Source of the DNA: a virus | Lineage: Duplodnaviria; Caudoviricetes | Length of the DNA: 31,900 bases | Strand: one strand, 5' to 3' | Virus record (IMG/VR): IMGVR_UViG_3300045931_000225 | Coordinates: 1-31,900 of that record | In this document: in pieces, positions 9,101 through 18,423 of the stretch | Numbering within the stretch: the first letter of the stretch is position 1 | Layout: every line of letters starts with the position of its first letter | Program-made: the position numbers and the translations under genes | The notes under the pieces: generated by a model | What the model saw: the letters and a program-made list of their open reading frames with translations, nothing else | Told to the model about the DNA's origin: nothing | Database searches by the model: none

Positions 9101-11835
9101 TCTTCACCTTCCAGACGGATGCCCCCCTGTTGCCGGATCAAATCTTGCAGCTCTAACTCAATCGAGGGCATCTGACTGAGCGGAATGCGCCAGCGGCCCT
9201 GGTCATCCCGGAAGTTGCCGCGCTCGATGCCTGTCGCTCCGGCCCCGATAGTCGGCGCTTGCTTCGGCGGCGGGGAGGGTTGATGGGGAAAGAGCGTCCG
9301 ATTCCGCAAGGGATTGATGGCCCCGGCTTGGCCCCCGAGCACACTCGTCCCGACACCAACGCCTGTATCTGTCAGCTCTCCGGCTTCACTCGTGGGGCGA
9401 TCCGCATAGGCGAGGACACTTTGAAACCAGGGATGCATTTCTAGGGCAAACGCCGGAATCACTTGCTCCGACGCAAAGGCGATATAGACGCGATGCGGGG
9501 CTGTATCGGTGATCGCCCCGCCCGTATGCGTGATGCCGTCATAGCCCGCTTGCCGTAAGATTTCTGAGGCTTGGGCCTTCCCCAGCGGCTCCTCCCGCTC
9601 ATCAGCCGCTTGCTGCGACAACAGCCGATAGAGCGCCGTGCCATCCACATGCTGCATGCCTCCCATGCGGTCCAGCGTATCACGGAGGTAGTCTGTGGCT
9701 CCTTCGCCAAGATAGGTATCGGCCACCGCGAGAATCCGTGACAGCTCTGCATCGCCTACCAGGGCATCCATATCAAACGGCTTTTTGATGTCCAGATAGA
9801 CGGGGCGAACATTGCCCCCTTCACGCATCGTCGGCACTTTGTAGGCGGTGATCTCGCCACCGATAGCGACCGGCACCACCTCAGTGCCCATCGCTCGCGC
9901 TGCCTGAGCCGCCTGGGCCGGATCATCAAAGGTCTGAAACGCCTGCCCCCGCGCATACTCGCCCGCTGTGCCAGGACTATCCGTAAAATAGAAGCCAGGG
10001 CCATAGAGCGCGGACGGATCGGCGTTCTCGGCTTGAAACGACGCAAACGAGGCTCCTGTCCCGTGATACATGCGCAGCAGCCGTCCTTCTTCATCCCGCA
10101 CCTGACTGTCTTCCATCTCCTTGATGCGCTCGCGCACGGCGTTGAGTTGCTGCTGTTCTGCGGCTTTCTGGGCGTGTGGCCCGCGCGGCTGTCCCTGTCC
10201 ACGCTGCCCTGCGAGCAACCCGCCTGTCACCTGCGTGAGCAGGTCCAGGCCCTTGCGCACCTGTTGCTCCGTGGCCACGGGTAACACCTGGCGCCCCGCC
10301 GCATCGACCGCGAGATGTGCGGCCCCACCCATCACCGCCCCGAGCGCACCCGCTTCAGCGGCATCACCAATATCAAACGGCTGATAGACTTGATGGCCGT
10401 GCTTTTTCCAGCCAATCGCCTGGAGTTGCGCTGCGACGGGATGACTGTCTGGCACCCAGAACTGCCGCCGTTGCACGTCATACTGCACGACCTCTTGGAA
10501 GCCCTCCATGGCGGCGGCTGTACTGAGCTTCAGGACGGCAGGCATGGCGGCTTCACTAAACACCCCGAGGCGATTGGTCAGGCCGAGCACCGCGACGTTG
10601 CGCCAGAAAACCGTATTGGCCCGCTGGGCTGCCGCTTCCTCGCCAATGAGGGGCGTCAAGCGGTCCATCGTCTCCTGGGCTTCCATCCCGGCTTCTTGCA
10701 CCGCCGCCGTCCCTGCCCCCAAGGCGCGCCCGATGGCTGGGGCAAAGCCCTCAATCGCCTGCGCACCCTTCATGGCAAGCGCCCCCGAGCCAAAGAACAC
10801 AATTTGCTGCCCGAGCGTTTGCGCAAAGCGATCCACGATGTTTTCTTCCGTGCCCACCGGATCAAACGTCTGGGCCATCTCGCGGAAGCTATTACGCAGC
10901 CCAGCCGCTGCCGGAAACAGTTGTTCGACCTCGCGCTCGGGAATGCCCAGCAGCCGCCCCGCCGTCATGGGCAGCGCACTGACCCCGGCCAGCGTGCCAA
11001 ACAGCCCTTGCATGACGCGCTGAGGCACCCGCTGCCAGGTCGGCTCTTCCAGCGACACTTCGAGCGCGCCCCCGGGCAAGTCAGGCCGAAACCGTTGCGG
11101 GTCAGGAAACGTCGCTGGCCCAAGCCCTTCACCTTCCCCCTTGCTGGTGTAGCCCAGCGTTTTACTCGTGTCGATCATCGCTGGCGTGAGTGCCGGGATC
11201 GTGGTATCGAGCATCTGGGTACTGGGCGAAGGTCGCGACGGCACTCCTGGCGCCGCCAGCGCCGTCTGGGCGCGGTCTGCCAGCTCATACGGGGCAGAGG
11301 ACACCTGCTCCGGCCCTACCCCGGCCCGTTTGCTCGTGTACGCTTGAGGCGCGGTGCCCCCGAAAACCTTGCGCACATACTGGACCGTCTCATCATACGG
11401 TGGAACTCCGTTGTACTGCCGCACCGCGCCCTCGCCTGCGTTATAGGCCGCGACAACCTTGACCGGATCACCAAACTCATCGGAAAGCGTCTTGAGATAC
11501 TTCAGCATGCCAGGAATCGCTTGGGTCGGATCAAACGGGTCTTGGACGCCAAAGCGCCGCGCCGTAGCAGGCATAAACTGCGCAATCCCTTGCGCGCCGG
11601 CAGGACTGACCGCCTGCGGATTCCAGGCACTTTCCGCCTGAATCATGGCCTTCACCATCAGCGGGTCTTGCCCATACTGGGGGGCCAACTCATCCACCAG
11701 CGCCTCATACTGCTGGCGAGGGGCCATCAGGGGCGCCGGTGGACGTAGGTTGTCTTCCAGCCAGCTATCCAACTGACGCTTGAGCCGTTGTGGCCCCCGT
11801 TCCAGATACAAGCTACTGACCTCATCAGCGGCCAT
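6109..11835 (-). CDS. Large internal virion/ejection protein (T7 gp16 position) with lytic transglycosylase and ART-like domains
   Basis: SLT motifs AES..NPQAVSPAGAQGIAQFMPATA, AAYNAG, ETVQYV; YHGT...GPGFYFT...GYDGI; 1908 aa; synteny. Confidence 0.85.
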   Translation of the reverse strand: MAADEVSSLYLERGPQRLKRQLDSWLEDNLRPPAPLMAPRQQYEALVDELAPQYGQDPLMVKAMIQAESAWNPQAVSPAGAQGIAQFMPATARRFGVQDPFDPTQAIPGMLKYLKTLSDEFGDPVKVVAAYNAGEGAVRQYNGVPPYDETVQYVRKVFGGTAPQAYTSKRAGVGPEQVSSAPYELADRAQTALAAPGVPSRPSPSTQMLDTTIPALTPAMIDTSKTLGYTSKGEGEGLGPATFPDPQRFRPDLPGGALEVSLEEPTWQRVPQRVMQGLFGTLAGVSALPMTAGRLLGIPEREVEQLFPAAAGLRNSFREMAQTFDPVGTEENIVDRFAQTLGQQIVFFGSGALAMKGAQAIEGFAPAIGRALGAGTAAVQEAGMEAQETMDRLTPLIGEEAAAQRANTVFWRNVAVLGLTNRLGVFSEAAMPAVLKLSTAAAMEGFQEVVQYDVQRRQFWVPDSHPVAAQLQAIGWKKHGHQVYQPFDIGDAAEAGALGAVMGGAAHLAVDAAGRQVLPVATEQQVRKGLDLLTQVTGGLLAGQRGQGQPRGPHAQKAAEQQQLNAVRERIKEMEDSQVRDEEGRLLRMYHGTGASFASFQAENADPSALYGPGFYFTDSPGTAGEYARGQAFQTFDDPAQAAQAARAMGTEVVPVAIGGEITAYKVPTMREGGNVRPVYLDIKKPFDMDALVGDAELSRILAVADTYLGEGATDYLRDTLDRMGGMQHVDGTALYRLLSQQAADEREEPLGKAQASEILRQAGYDGITHTGGAITDTAPHRVYIAFASEQVIPAFALEMHPWFQSVLAYADRPTSEAGELTDTGVGVGTSVLGGQAGAINPLRNRTLFPHQPSPPPKQAPTIGAGATGIERGNFRDDQGRWRIPLSQMPSIELELQDLIRQQGGIRLEGEELRGELAALISRKETGLGGLQNNNGMTLQQMAETAQQLGFTRSADKTALLEAMQRSIGEGHYVYSDQSTGHIPLIHSPELVGIYQDIAAMAETLEAQTQDQRRGTRPRAQVHDEGRAFVESGGFTIDDVRELMPGTVLDDTTTSALVHTLGRVAAETGDLATAYIQKVEQGQTQPGAGSQEERDWLTAFGGVASTHPQRLGVMAEAGRSLGILNDPLSSTNQMLNMVGQLAQQAAGLDSYKLAQQYINLLQRAGGKEAVKFAQKAVTPGYGGMVLELYYQGMLSNPKTWLTNEVSNALTAAWALPVRLMAGVYSQTVGSGEITLGETAAYAYGLMHQVQRAWQLSGEAFTTGLPQYGKDIPGLMEPVGQGKATGPALTVANLQANGMPIDPNSPYGQLADFWFEWVGLASGGRLGTKIMLSRDEFYKTLNYGGELGALAYRKAMLEGSTSQEKFADTMARVLGEPLPEEMHLAANQHALIQTFQNEMMGAIGKMGGAIQNLSVDVPGLGPFPLGRMIMPFLHIAVNIPRYALENSPLGFFFKSVRDDIAAGGARGDMAMGKMLMGSLTAATFGLMASSGLITGRGPEDKDLRAAMVRAGWQPYSMYVPWLGQHGGYVSLQRLDPIVGQHAGIMADIIEAWGEQEVSMVERAVMGTAFAIISNIGSRSWMRGTSEFFDIMAPRSMRAFEGESKFEGLRGFARGQLSSLAPAVWSVVQKTSDPATKAAWDLADGFRQKVPGWAPLPESATAAALPNYRNKWGDKRLLGWGWSPDWLNWVEGFTEAISPLKVTTLVRDPLDRELLANQIRLSMPTRTLGIRGPQDAPGEGAEDAYAAAEAADPYAAKRIVLTSAQYERRVALAANNREAIQELGMTVNDKAVEQLRRDVGGHTGERLPSAVPGDLYSVLLWATTTKRYQEGMPGPQGDKEEILRRIDRDFRQFGDTQLMANDAELRQQYLTGKALQDLQRTPLPHRERLRGLQEQQLRREEERLRVGAPR

Positions 11836-13632
11836 TTAACGGCTCCGTGGCTCTGTCGTGGGTGTCCCGCCTGTGCCCGGCAAGGTATACGAAGGCGGCT
11901 GTGACCGTCTCCCTTGCCCTTGTGGCTGGCGCTCTCGCCGTGCTTGTTCGTAGTCCTGCCAGGTATGCCAGTTCTGGACAATCTGCGCTAGCGACCCATC
12001 GGCCCACCCCTGCGAGCGGAGCTTACTGACAACCACCGCCAGTTCATGCCGGGTCTTCGCCGCTTGGGCTTCAGGCGGAATGTACTCTTGCGCCGGATCA
12101 TCTTTCTCCGGCTTGAGAAACTGAATCCGTGCTTGCCAGGCCAACTCGACTGCCTGTTTTTCGGCGGCCTGGGGATCACGCTCGTACAAGGTTTGCATTT
12201 GTTGTTCCCAGGCATCTTTCGCCCAGATGAGTTTTTGCTGCATCTGGGGCTTGAGTTGCCCCGCCAGCGTGCCCCCGTAGGGCACCAGCGCCCCGCGCAT
12301 CAGAATGTCATTACCCGCTTTGGCTTGCGGCTGCTCCCGCCAGGCCGACCCCTTCTCCCGTTGGGTCAGCTTGTCATCCAATTGGGAAAACGTCTCCGGC
12401 TTGAGCTTGGGATTCGGTTGCTCCATGATCGTGACCAGGGCCTGCCGGGCTGCCGCAAACTGCTCCGGGGTCCGTGCCTGGTGGACCATCAGCCGCACAA
12501 TCCGCTCGGTTTCCAGATCATCCGTCTGCCGTGGTGCGCTCGCCGCCTTGCCCAACGTCAGCGAGGTTTGAATTAAGTGCTCTCCCGTGGTCCGTTCAAT
12601 CTCCCCGGTGAGGATCTTTTGGCCAATCTCTTGCCGCAGTTTTTCAAAGGTGGGCACATTGTCCGGCGTCAACGGCGTCGTAAACAGGGTGGCACTCACC
12701 CCGATACTATTGCGTTCCTGCTGTTTCTTGCGTAACCGATCGTCCCGTTGTTCCAGATGTTCAGCCATAGCAAACCGGGCGCGACTTGTCTCGGTCGCTT
12801 CTTGCGTCAGCTTGGCCAGATGCTCCAGGGGCGCCAGAGGTAGAGCAGGGTCAGTCCCTTCGTCCGGATCGCGCCCGGCCAAGACATTGGCACTCTGCTG
12901 CTGCAACTGCTGTTTCATACGATCCGGCTCGGCTTGCGTCGCCGTTTGCACCGTCTGCACCTTGAAGCTGTCACTCGTTTTCTTGAGGACCGTGGCCGCT
13001 TCCGTGCCGCCGACCGCCCCGACCTCCACGAGTTGCTGCATCCCTTCTTCAATCCGCCCCCAAGCCAGCGTCCGCTCATACGTATTCGTGGCATTCGCAT
13101 AGTCTTCTTGGGCTTGCTGCACCCGCGTGGCTGTGGCAAAGGCGGTCTGTTGTTTCGTCTGGCGCACCATCTCCTCAGTCGCACGCCCATGCAGGACGCT
13201 GGCATATTCTTTCGCATCTTTGTAAAAGATCGCGTGCGCCTGGGGGCTGAGCTTTTGCGCCGTGGAATACTCACGGATCAACTTATCTGCCTCTTCTTCA
13301 AACCGTCCTGGAGCGGTTTGCCAGTTTTCTTGCCGCAGCCGCGCATCAAGCGTTTGGAGCGGCACCCGGATTTCGGCTCCTGCCGTCTGCCCATTGAGCG
13401 TATCGAAGACTCGTTGCCGCCGGGCCTGCAACTCTTCTGTCTGAACGGCCAGACTGCCCGCCTGCTGGAGGCTTTCTGGCAACGCCCCCAGGCTTTTCTC
13501 TAACGCGGTTGCCCCGCTGTCCTGTGCCCCTGGCTGGGTGATCGCCGGCACGCCCACGACGCCACCACGCACACCTTGCCCCCCGCTGCTGGGAAGCGCC
13601 TCGCGGGCAAGGTAGCTTGGTATAGTTGGCAC
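11836..13632 (-). CDS. Internal virion/ejection protein (T7 gp15 position)
   Basis: 598 aa, helical and Q/A/E-rich, MPTIPSY start, abuts the gp16-like gene. Confidence 0.65.
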   Translation of the reverse strand: MPTIPSYLAREALPSSGGQGVRGGVVGVPAITQPGAQDSGATALEKSLGALPESLQQAGSLAVQTEELQARRQRVFDTLNGQTAGAEIRVPLQTLDARLRQENWQTAPGRFEEEADKLIREYSTAQKLSPQAHAIFYKDAKEYASVLHGRATEEMVRQTKQQTAFATATRVQQAQEDYANATNTYERTLAWGRIEEGMQQLVEVGAVGGTEAATVLKKTSDSFKVQTVQTATQAEPDRMKQQLQQQSANVLAGRDPDEGTDPALPLAPLEHLAKLTQEATETSRARFAMAEHLEQRDDRLRKKQQERNSIGVSATLFTTPLTPDNVPTFEKLRQEIGQKILTGEIERTTGEHLIQTSLTLGKAASAPRQTDDLETERIVRLMVHQARTPEQFAAARQALVTIMEQPNPKLKPETFSQLDDKLTQREKGSAWREQPQAKAGNDILMRGALVPYGGTLAGQLKPQMQQKLIWAKDAWEQQMQTLYERDPQAAEKQAVELAWQARIQFLKPEKDDPAQEYIPPEAQAAKTRHELAVVVSKLRSQGWADGSLAQIVQNWHTWQDYEQARRERQPQGQGRRSQPPSYTLPGTGGTPTTEPRSR

Positions 13633-13637
13633 TATGC

Positions 13638-14390
13638 CTATCCCTTCAGCAGCGTCAGGTTCTTCCGCTGTTCTTCCAGGGTCTGATACACCGCCGCTCC
13701 TTTGGTCACCGACGCACTCGCCCTGAGCAACCCCGCGCCCACCGCCGACCCATCCGCTTCGCTGCGCAGCAACCCGCCCTGTGCGCCCCCGATGCGTAAC
13801 CGCTCCGCGCCGCCAAACCGGGCCAGTTGCGCCGCGTACTCGTCCTGCGTGATCTGTTCCTCAGCCGCCTGCCGCTGCTGGCGTAGCTGGACTTCCGTCT
13901 GGTAGCGCGTGGCGAGGATGTCGAGCTGTTGCTGGCGTGCCGTTTCTTCGTACACGGCCAGGGGCGAGCCGCTCATCATCAGGCCGCTACTCGCCACAAT
14001 CGCTCGCGTCTGCCCCAGAATCCGCGCGTCTTGCTCCCGCTGCCGCTCCTCCCGGTAGCTCTGCGCCGTCTGGGCAATCTGCTCCGCGTCCGCCAGTTGC
14101 TGCCGCGTCAGGGCGGCACGCCGGATGTATTGTTGCGCCTCGATTTCGGCGGCGTTGGCTTGCGCCTGGGCGTTGGCTTCCGTCACCTCGGCGTTATACT
14201 CGGCAATGCGCTTCGCGCGCTTCGCCGCGAGGATGCCTTGGGCAAGCTGCGCGAAGGCTTCCACGCCGTAGCCCGCGCCGGCAATGTTGGAGCCCGTGCC
14301 CAGCTTCGCCCAGTCAATATTGAGCGAGGCTGGTGTGGTCTCTGGCATGGGGCGATAATCGGGATAGCTGGCTTCACCTTCACTAGGCAT
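13638..14390 (-). CDS. Internal virion/ejection protein (T7 gp14 position)
   Basis: A/Q-rich coiled coil with GQTRAIVASSGLMMSGSPL motif; TGATG coupling to nozzle gene. Confidence 0.7.
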   Translation of the reverse strand: MPSEGEASYPDYRPMPETTPASLNIDWAKLGTGSNIAGAGYGVEAFAQLAQGILAAKRAKRIAEYNAEVTEANAQAQANAAEIEAQQYIRRAALTRQQLADAEQIAQTAQSYREERQREQDARILGQTRAIVASSGLMMSGSPLAVYEETARQQQLDILATRYQTEVQLRQQRQAAEEQITQDEYAAQLARFGGAERLRIGGAQGGLLRSEADGSAVGAGLLRASASVTKGAAVYQTLEEQRKNLTLLKG

Positions 14391-17299
14391 CAGGCACGAA
14401 CCTCCAGGTCCACGGTGCCCATGACACCGATCAGCGTACACGGCAATGGTTTGTCTACATGGAACGAAATAAACCCGTACTTATCGTACCCTAAAGCGAG
14501 AACCTCCCGATCCCCAGTAAACGGGGCAGGCCCCTGGTCCTGGGGCATGTGGGGCTGTCGGAAGGGTATGGTTTCCCCTTGGAGCACCAGGCACGCCGTC
14601 TGCATCACCCGCGCTCGCAGATTGGTCCAGCGCTTCCGCAGGCCCTGCCCGGTCTGCCCGCGTACCGTCACGTCCACCGGCATCGTGCGCCCGCGTGGCG
14701 TATAGTCCAGCCCGACAAACGCCGTGTGCACCGCTTGCGACAACACGACTTGCCCCCCTGTGACTGCTTGGGGAGGGAACACTGCTCCATCCCCAACAAG
14801 CTGCACCGTGGCGCCTTCGAGATGGCCTAAGCCCGTCAGCGTGGCGGTATTGATGCCCGTGTAGACGCGCGCACAATCCACCGTCAGCCCGTCCCAGCCT
14901 GTGATAGATTCCTGCTCCTGCGTCAGTTCGTTAAACATAGGTACGGCTTCCGGCAGGACCATCGAGGCTTCAGGATCGAGGTATTCGAGACACCGCGTCA
15001 CATGGCCCCCGATGGTACGTTGACACGCGATCCAGACCTGATACGCATTGGCCGTAGGATGTGGAATCGTCGCCACACTCTCGACCACGCCCTGCGTCAC
15101 AAACCGCCACGGCGCCACGACCTGTTCACTTTGGTCATACGTCATCGCTACCATCTGCCCATCTGACCGCACGCCCCACACCACAGGCAGCGGTTCCGGC
15201 TGATAGGCCAACTCGAGCAAACGATAGTGCTTCAGGAGGTGATCGCTCGTAATCAGCAGATCACGCGCGATGTACGTGGTTTGGGTACGCTCATCGTAGG
15301 ACATTTCCCGCAGTTTGGAGCCTTGCCGTTGGGCAAACAGCAACGACCCGCCGACCTTGAGCGGTTGCACCGTGTCACTGCCAAACGTGCTCTGGATACG
15401 GTTGCGCGGCGGCGTCGCAGGCGACAGCGGATCATCCCCCGAGCCGATCAGGCGATATTCGCCGTGCGTGGTCCCCACGAGCATGTTTTCCGCTGGCATG
15501 AGCCACCGGATACGGTTGAGCGTGATATTGCCGCCACTGTCCACCAGCGCGAGTTCGAGGGCATCGTCCGCGTTTGGCCCCACTGTAAAGTTAAAGAGGT
15601 CATCAATCACGCTGCCCCACACCGTCTGCGGAAACTGCGCCGTGCCCGCAAAATAGAGCCGCCCTTCATAGAGCACCACGGCGGAGGGCCACCCCAGCGC
15701 GTCCGACCAGGCGTCTTGCTCCAGCGACCAGGCCCCCGCTGCCGCCACAGCGTCACTCGACAATTCCTTGACGATTTGCCCCGTCATCTGTGACCCATTG
15801 ACATAGCCCGTTAAGCGCACCAACCCGCCATGCACCCGCACATACTGCCCGACTTCCGTGGCCCGAAAGCCCGCCACGCTATACTGGCGACACGTAATAC
15901 TGCCGACCCGCGCCGCACTATCCTGATTGTTGCGGAACTGGAGATACGAGGTGGTCGTGGTTGCCGTAAAACTGAACTCCCGATCCCCAATAGCGTAGCT
16001 GGCCTCCGCCTCGACATCGGAGGCTTCCGCCGTCGTACCGACCTGCGCCGAGACTTGCGCCTCACTGACCCGAAACGCCACCCGGTAGGTAACACCCACC
16101 ACCGTCGTGAGGGGTTGACTAATCCATCCCACCCCCGCCGTCCCGCCCGTGAGAATCGCCATTCCCGCGATCACCGAGGCCCCGCCTGTCCCCGCGATGC
16201 TATAGGTATCACCACTGTCAAAATCGTTATCCGTACCCCCGACCAGCCCCGGCTCCGCAATCAGCAGAAACAGGGTGCTGACCGTCGCCACCACCCCGGT
16301 ACACCCATCCGTCGTGTTGTAGACCACCTGCGTGGGCCGCACGCCCGCATTCACAAAATCCTGCGAGGCGTCCTGCAAATTATCGTTATTGCCGCCGCCG
16401 TCATGCGTGCCCGTGAGAAACGCCCCCCGTGAGGCGTTGGTCCACCCGGTCAGATCCCCCGTGCCAAAATCACCATTCGTCACAAGGTTGGCGGCGGCGT
16501 CTTGCTGTTGCAGCAGCGTCACCGTCACGGTCCCCCCGACGGGCCCGGTCTTATCGACCTGGAGCTTCGCCACTGGAGACCGCTCTAATTTCCAGTCCCC
16601 CGCTGGCAGGGTTGTCGAACTAAAGGCGTCAATGATGTCGAGGGTCGCACTGGTCGTGCTGGTGGCCGTGCGGATGATGCCGCGCCCAATGCCACTGCTC
16701 AGCACGCGGTCAATATCGCCCACCAGCCAGAACGCGCCGCTGGAGGTCACCGAGACGCCGGTGCCTGTCGTGGCGCCGAGCGTCAGCGTAAATGGTCCCT
16801 CGATGCCCGCCTCGTAGGTCGGCATGGGGTAGAAGGGCACCGGGCGAAAGTCCCACGCTGAGCCATCCGCCTCAAGTCGGGAGAGCCGTTGGGGTGCATA
16901 ATGGGGATGCACCCAGATCATCACATCATTGCTCTGCGCCGTGCGCAGCAAGCGCAAGTCCGCTTCCTGGTACGGTGTGGCCACCTCGATAGGCACGCTG
17001 GCGACTTCGAGGCGTGCGCCGTTGTGGTAGAACCGGATGTACTCATGGCCGACTTCAAGGATATAGGCATCGGTCGTGGACGGCTCAAAGGGCTTCACCA
17101 ACGTCAGGCGTGAAGGATACTTGACCGTGGCAACGTAGCGCGTCCCTGGACGGCGCGTAATGCCGCCTTGCGGCAGCACCTGGAAATTCTCCAAGAGGAT
17201 GGCGCCGTTCTTGTAGCGGTCGATGTCGCCACGCGCGGCCATGAGTGACGAAATTTCGCCACTCGTGAAGGCATTTTTGATGACATCGACTAACGCCAC
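14390..17299 (-). CDS. Tail tubular protein B / nozzle (T7 gp12-like)
   Basis: NAFTSGEIS...GGITRRPGT, GWPSAVVLYEGRLYFAG, VWGS..DDLFNF; 969 aa. Confidence 0.9.
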   Translation of the reverse strand: MALVDVIKNAFTSGEISSLMAARGDIDRYKNGAILLENFQVLPQGGITRRPGTRYVATVKYPSRLTLVKPFEPSTTDAYILEVGHEYIRFYHNGARLEVASVPIEVATPYQEADLRLLRTAQSNDVMIWVHPHYAPQRLSRLEADGSAWDFRPVPFYPMPTYEAGIEGPFTLTLGATTGTGVSVTSSGAFWLVGDIDRVLSSGIGRGIIRTATSTTSATLDIIDAFSSTTLPAGDWKLERSPVAKLQVDKTGPVGGTVTVTLLQQQDAAANLVTNGDFGTGDLTGWTNASRGAFLTGTHDGGGNNDNLQDASQDFVNAGVRPTQVVYNTTDGCTGVVATVSTLFLLIAEPGLVGGTDNDFDSGDTYSIAGTGGASVIAGMAILTGGTAGVGWISQPLTTVVGVTYRVAFRVSEAQVSAQVGTTAEASDVEAEASYAIGDREFSFTATTTTSYLQFRNNQDSAARVGSITCRQYSVAGFRATEVGQYVRVHGGLVRLTGYVNGSQMTGQIVKELSSDAVAAAGAWSLEQDAWSDALGWPSAVVLYEGRLYFAGTAQFPQTVWGSVIDDLFNFTVGPNADDALELALVDSGGNITLNRIRWLMPAENMLVGTTHGEYRLIGSGDDPLSPATPPRNRIQSTFGSDTVQPLKVGGSLLFAQRQGSKLREMSYDERTQTTYIARDLLITSDHLLKHYRLLELAYQPEPLPVVWGVRSDGQMVAMTYDQSEQVVAPWRFVTQGVVESVATIPHPTANAYQVWIACQRTIGGHVTRCLEYLDPEASMVLPEAVPMFNELTQEQESITGWDGLTVDCARVYTGINTATLTGLGHLEGATVQLVGDGAVFPPQAVTGGQVVLSQAVHTAFVGLDYTPRGRTMPVDVTVRGQTGQGLRKRWTNLRARVMQTACLVLQGETIPFRQPHMPQDQGPAPFTGDREVLALGYDKYGFISFHVDKPLPCTLIGVMGTVDLEVRA

Positions 17300-17302
17300 T
17301 GC

Positions 17303-17485
17303 TTACCCCTCGCCCGGGATCAGGTGCGCACGCACGATACGAATATGGCCCCACGGGATATACACATACTGCTCATCGTTCACACCAACGAGACAGAGCA
17401 CAGGATCGTAATGGCAGACAGAAACCGCCTCAAACTCCTCCTGTGTCCCGTCGATATAGTCCACAACCACCTTCAACTTGCGCAT
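17303..17485 (-). CDS. Small hypothetical protein
   Basis: 60 aa ORF packed exactly between its neighbours. Confidence 0.6.
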   Translation of the reverse strand: MRKLKVVVDYIDGTQEEFEAVSVCHYDPVLCLVGVNDEQYVYIPWGHIRIVRAHLIPGEG

Positions 17486-17803
17486 CTAGCCCCCGAGCAA
17501 CGTCTTGGTCCCGGTCTGTGTCCCGCTGCTACTACTGCCCAGCGGCGAGGTCAGAATGGTCTGTTGAATCCCATACCGCGCCTGCCGCTTCCGCCGTTCG
17601 GTAGCGACCGCTTCTCCGGCTTCCGTCTCGCTGGGAGGCGGTGGCAAGGGCGGCGGTGGGGCCAGGGCAGGCGGCGCGGGTGGTTTCACTGGTGGTTGCA
17701 CCTTCGTCGTTCCGTGCTCGCCCTTGGCCAGACTCGCCGTTGTCGTCCCTATCGAGAGTGCCAACCCCGCAATCGCCGCCCAACTCACGGGATCCAGTCC
17801 CAT
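17486..17803 (-). CDS. Small virion protein (T7 gp6.7/7.3-like position)
   Basis: GGAGG RBS; MGLDPVSWAAIAG, Pro-rich linker, C-terminal RYGIQQTILTSPLG...KTLLGG. Confidence 0.7.
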   Translation of the reverse strand: MGLDPVSWAAIAGLALSIGTTTASLAKGEHGTTKVQPPVKPPAPPALAPPPPLPPPPSETEAGEAVATERRKRQARYGIQQTILTSPLGSSSSGTQTGTKTLLGG

Positions 17804-18209
17804 CGCGCCCCCTCCATTGATATTCCACCATCGTTTCGCCGCCAGGCCCATAGCCCGGCTTGCGCGCCACGGGCACCAAGCCCAACCATTCCGCCAGGCG
17901 CCGGGAATCCTCGCGTCCCTCGACCACCAGCGCTTCGATATAGCGAAAGTCAGGGGTAAACCGGCGCCACGCCTGGCGCACCGCGCGGGCCATGCGAGCC
18001 GCATAGGGATGCCCCGCGAGCGGCTGACGCTCCAGGAACCACGCATAGCCCACCCCCGGCCACAGCGGCGTAATGCCAAAGCAACACAGCGGCTCGCCTT
18101 CACTGAGCACCGTGACGGCATGGGTCAGATGCACGGCGGCCAGCGTGACCGGCACGCGCAGCTCCATCACCGCAATATGCGCAGGCGTCGTCGGGCAGGT
18201 CGTCAGCAC
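17532..18209 (-). CDS. GNAT-fold virion-associated protein (T7 gp13-like)
   Basis: PLCCFGITPLWPGVGYAW...SRRLAEWLGL pattern; GTG start after GGGGG; tail overlaps next gene. Confidence 0.65.
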   Translation of the reverse strand: MLTTCPTTPAHIAVMELRVPVTLAAVHLTHAVTVLSEGEPLCCFGITPLWPGVGYAWFLERQPLAGHPYAARMARAVRQAWRRFTPDFRYIEALVVEGREDSRRLAEWLGLVPVARKPGYGPGGETMVEYQWRGRDGTGSRELGGDCGVGTLDRDDNGESGQGRARNDEGATTSETTRAACPGPTAALATASQRDGSRRSGRYRTAEAAGAVWDSTDHSDLAAGQ

Positions 18210-18218
18210 GACACCCCC

Positions 18219-18410
18219 CTAGTGTAAGATCGTCTTGGGCTTGTGGCCCTTCGTGTGCATAAAATCCTTCAGGCTGTCTTCACTCATTTCGGCCATGGAC
18301 TGCGCCGCCTCCCGTAACCCTTTGGGCAGATCGCCTGGCTTGATGCTGCCATGCTTCAGTCCCATGGCGACCCGAGCCGTGTTGGCCTGTTTCTGCGACT
18401 GCGCTGGCAT
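18219..18410 (-). CDS. DUF3008-like small protein
   Basis: GGAGG RBS; MPAQSQKQ...AMGLKHG...SMAEMSEDSLKDF resembles the DUF3008 pattern. Confidence 0.6.
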   Translation of the reverse strand: MPAQSQKQANTARVAMGLKHGSIKPGDLPKGLREAAQSMAEMSEDSLKDFMHTKGHKPKTILH

Positions 18411-18423
18411 AGGTCTTATCCTC

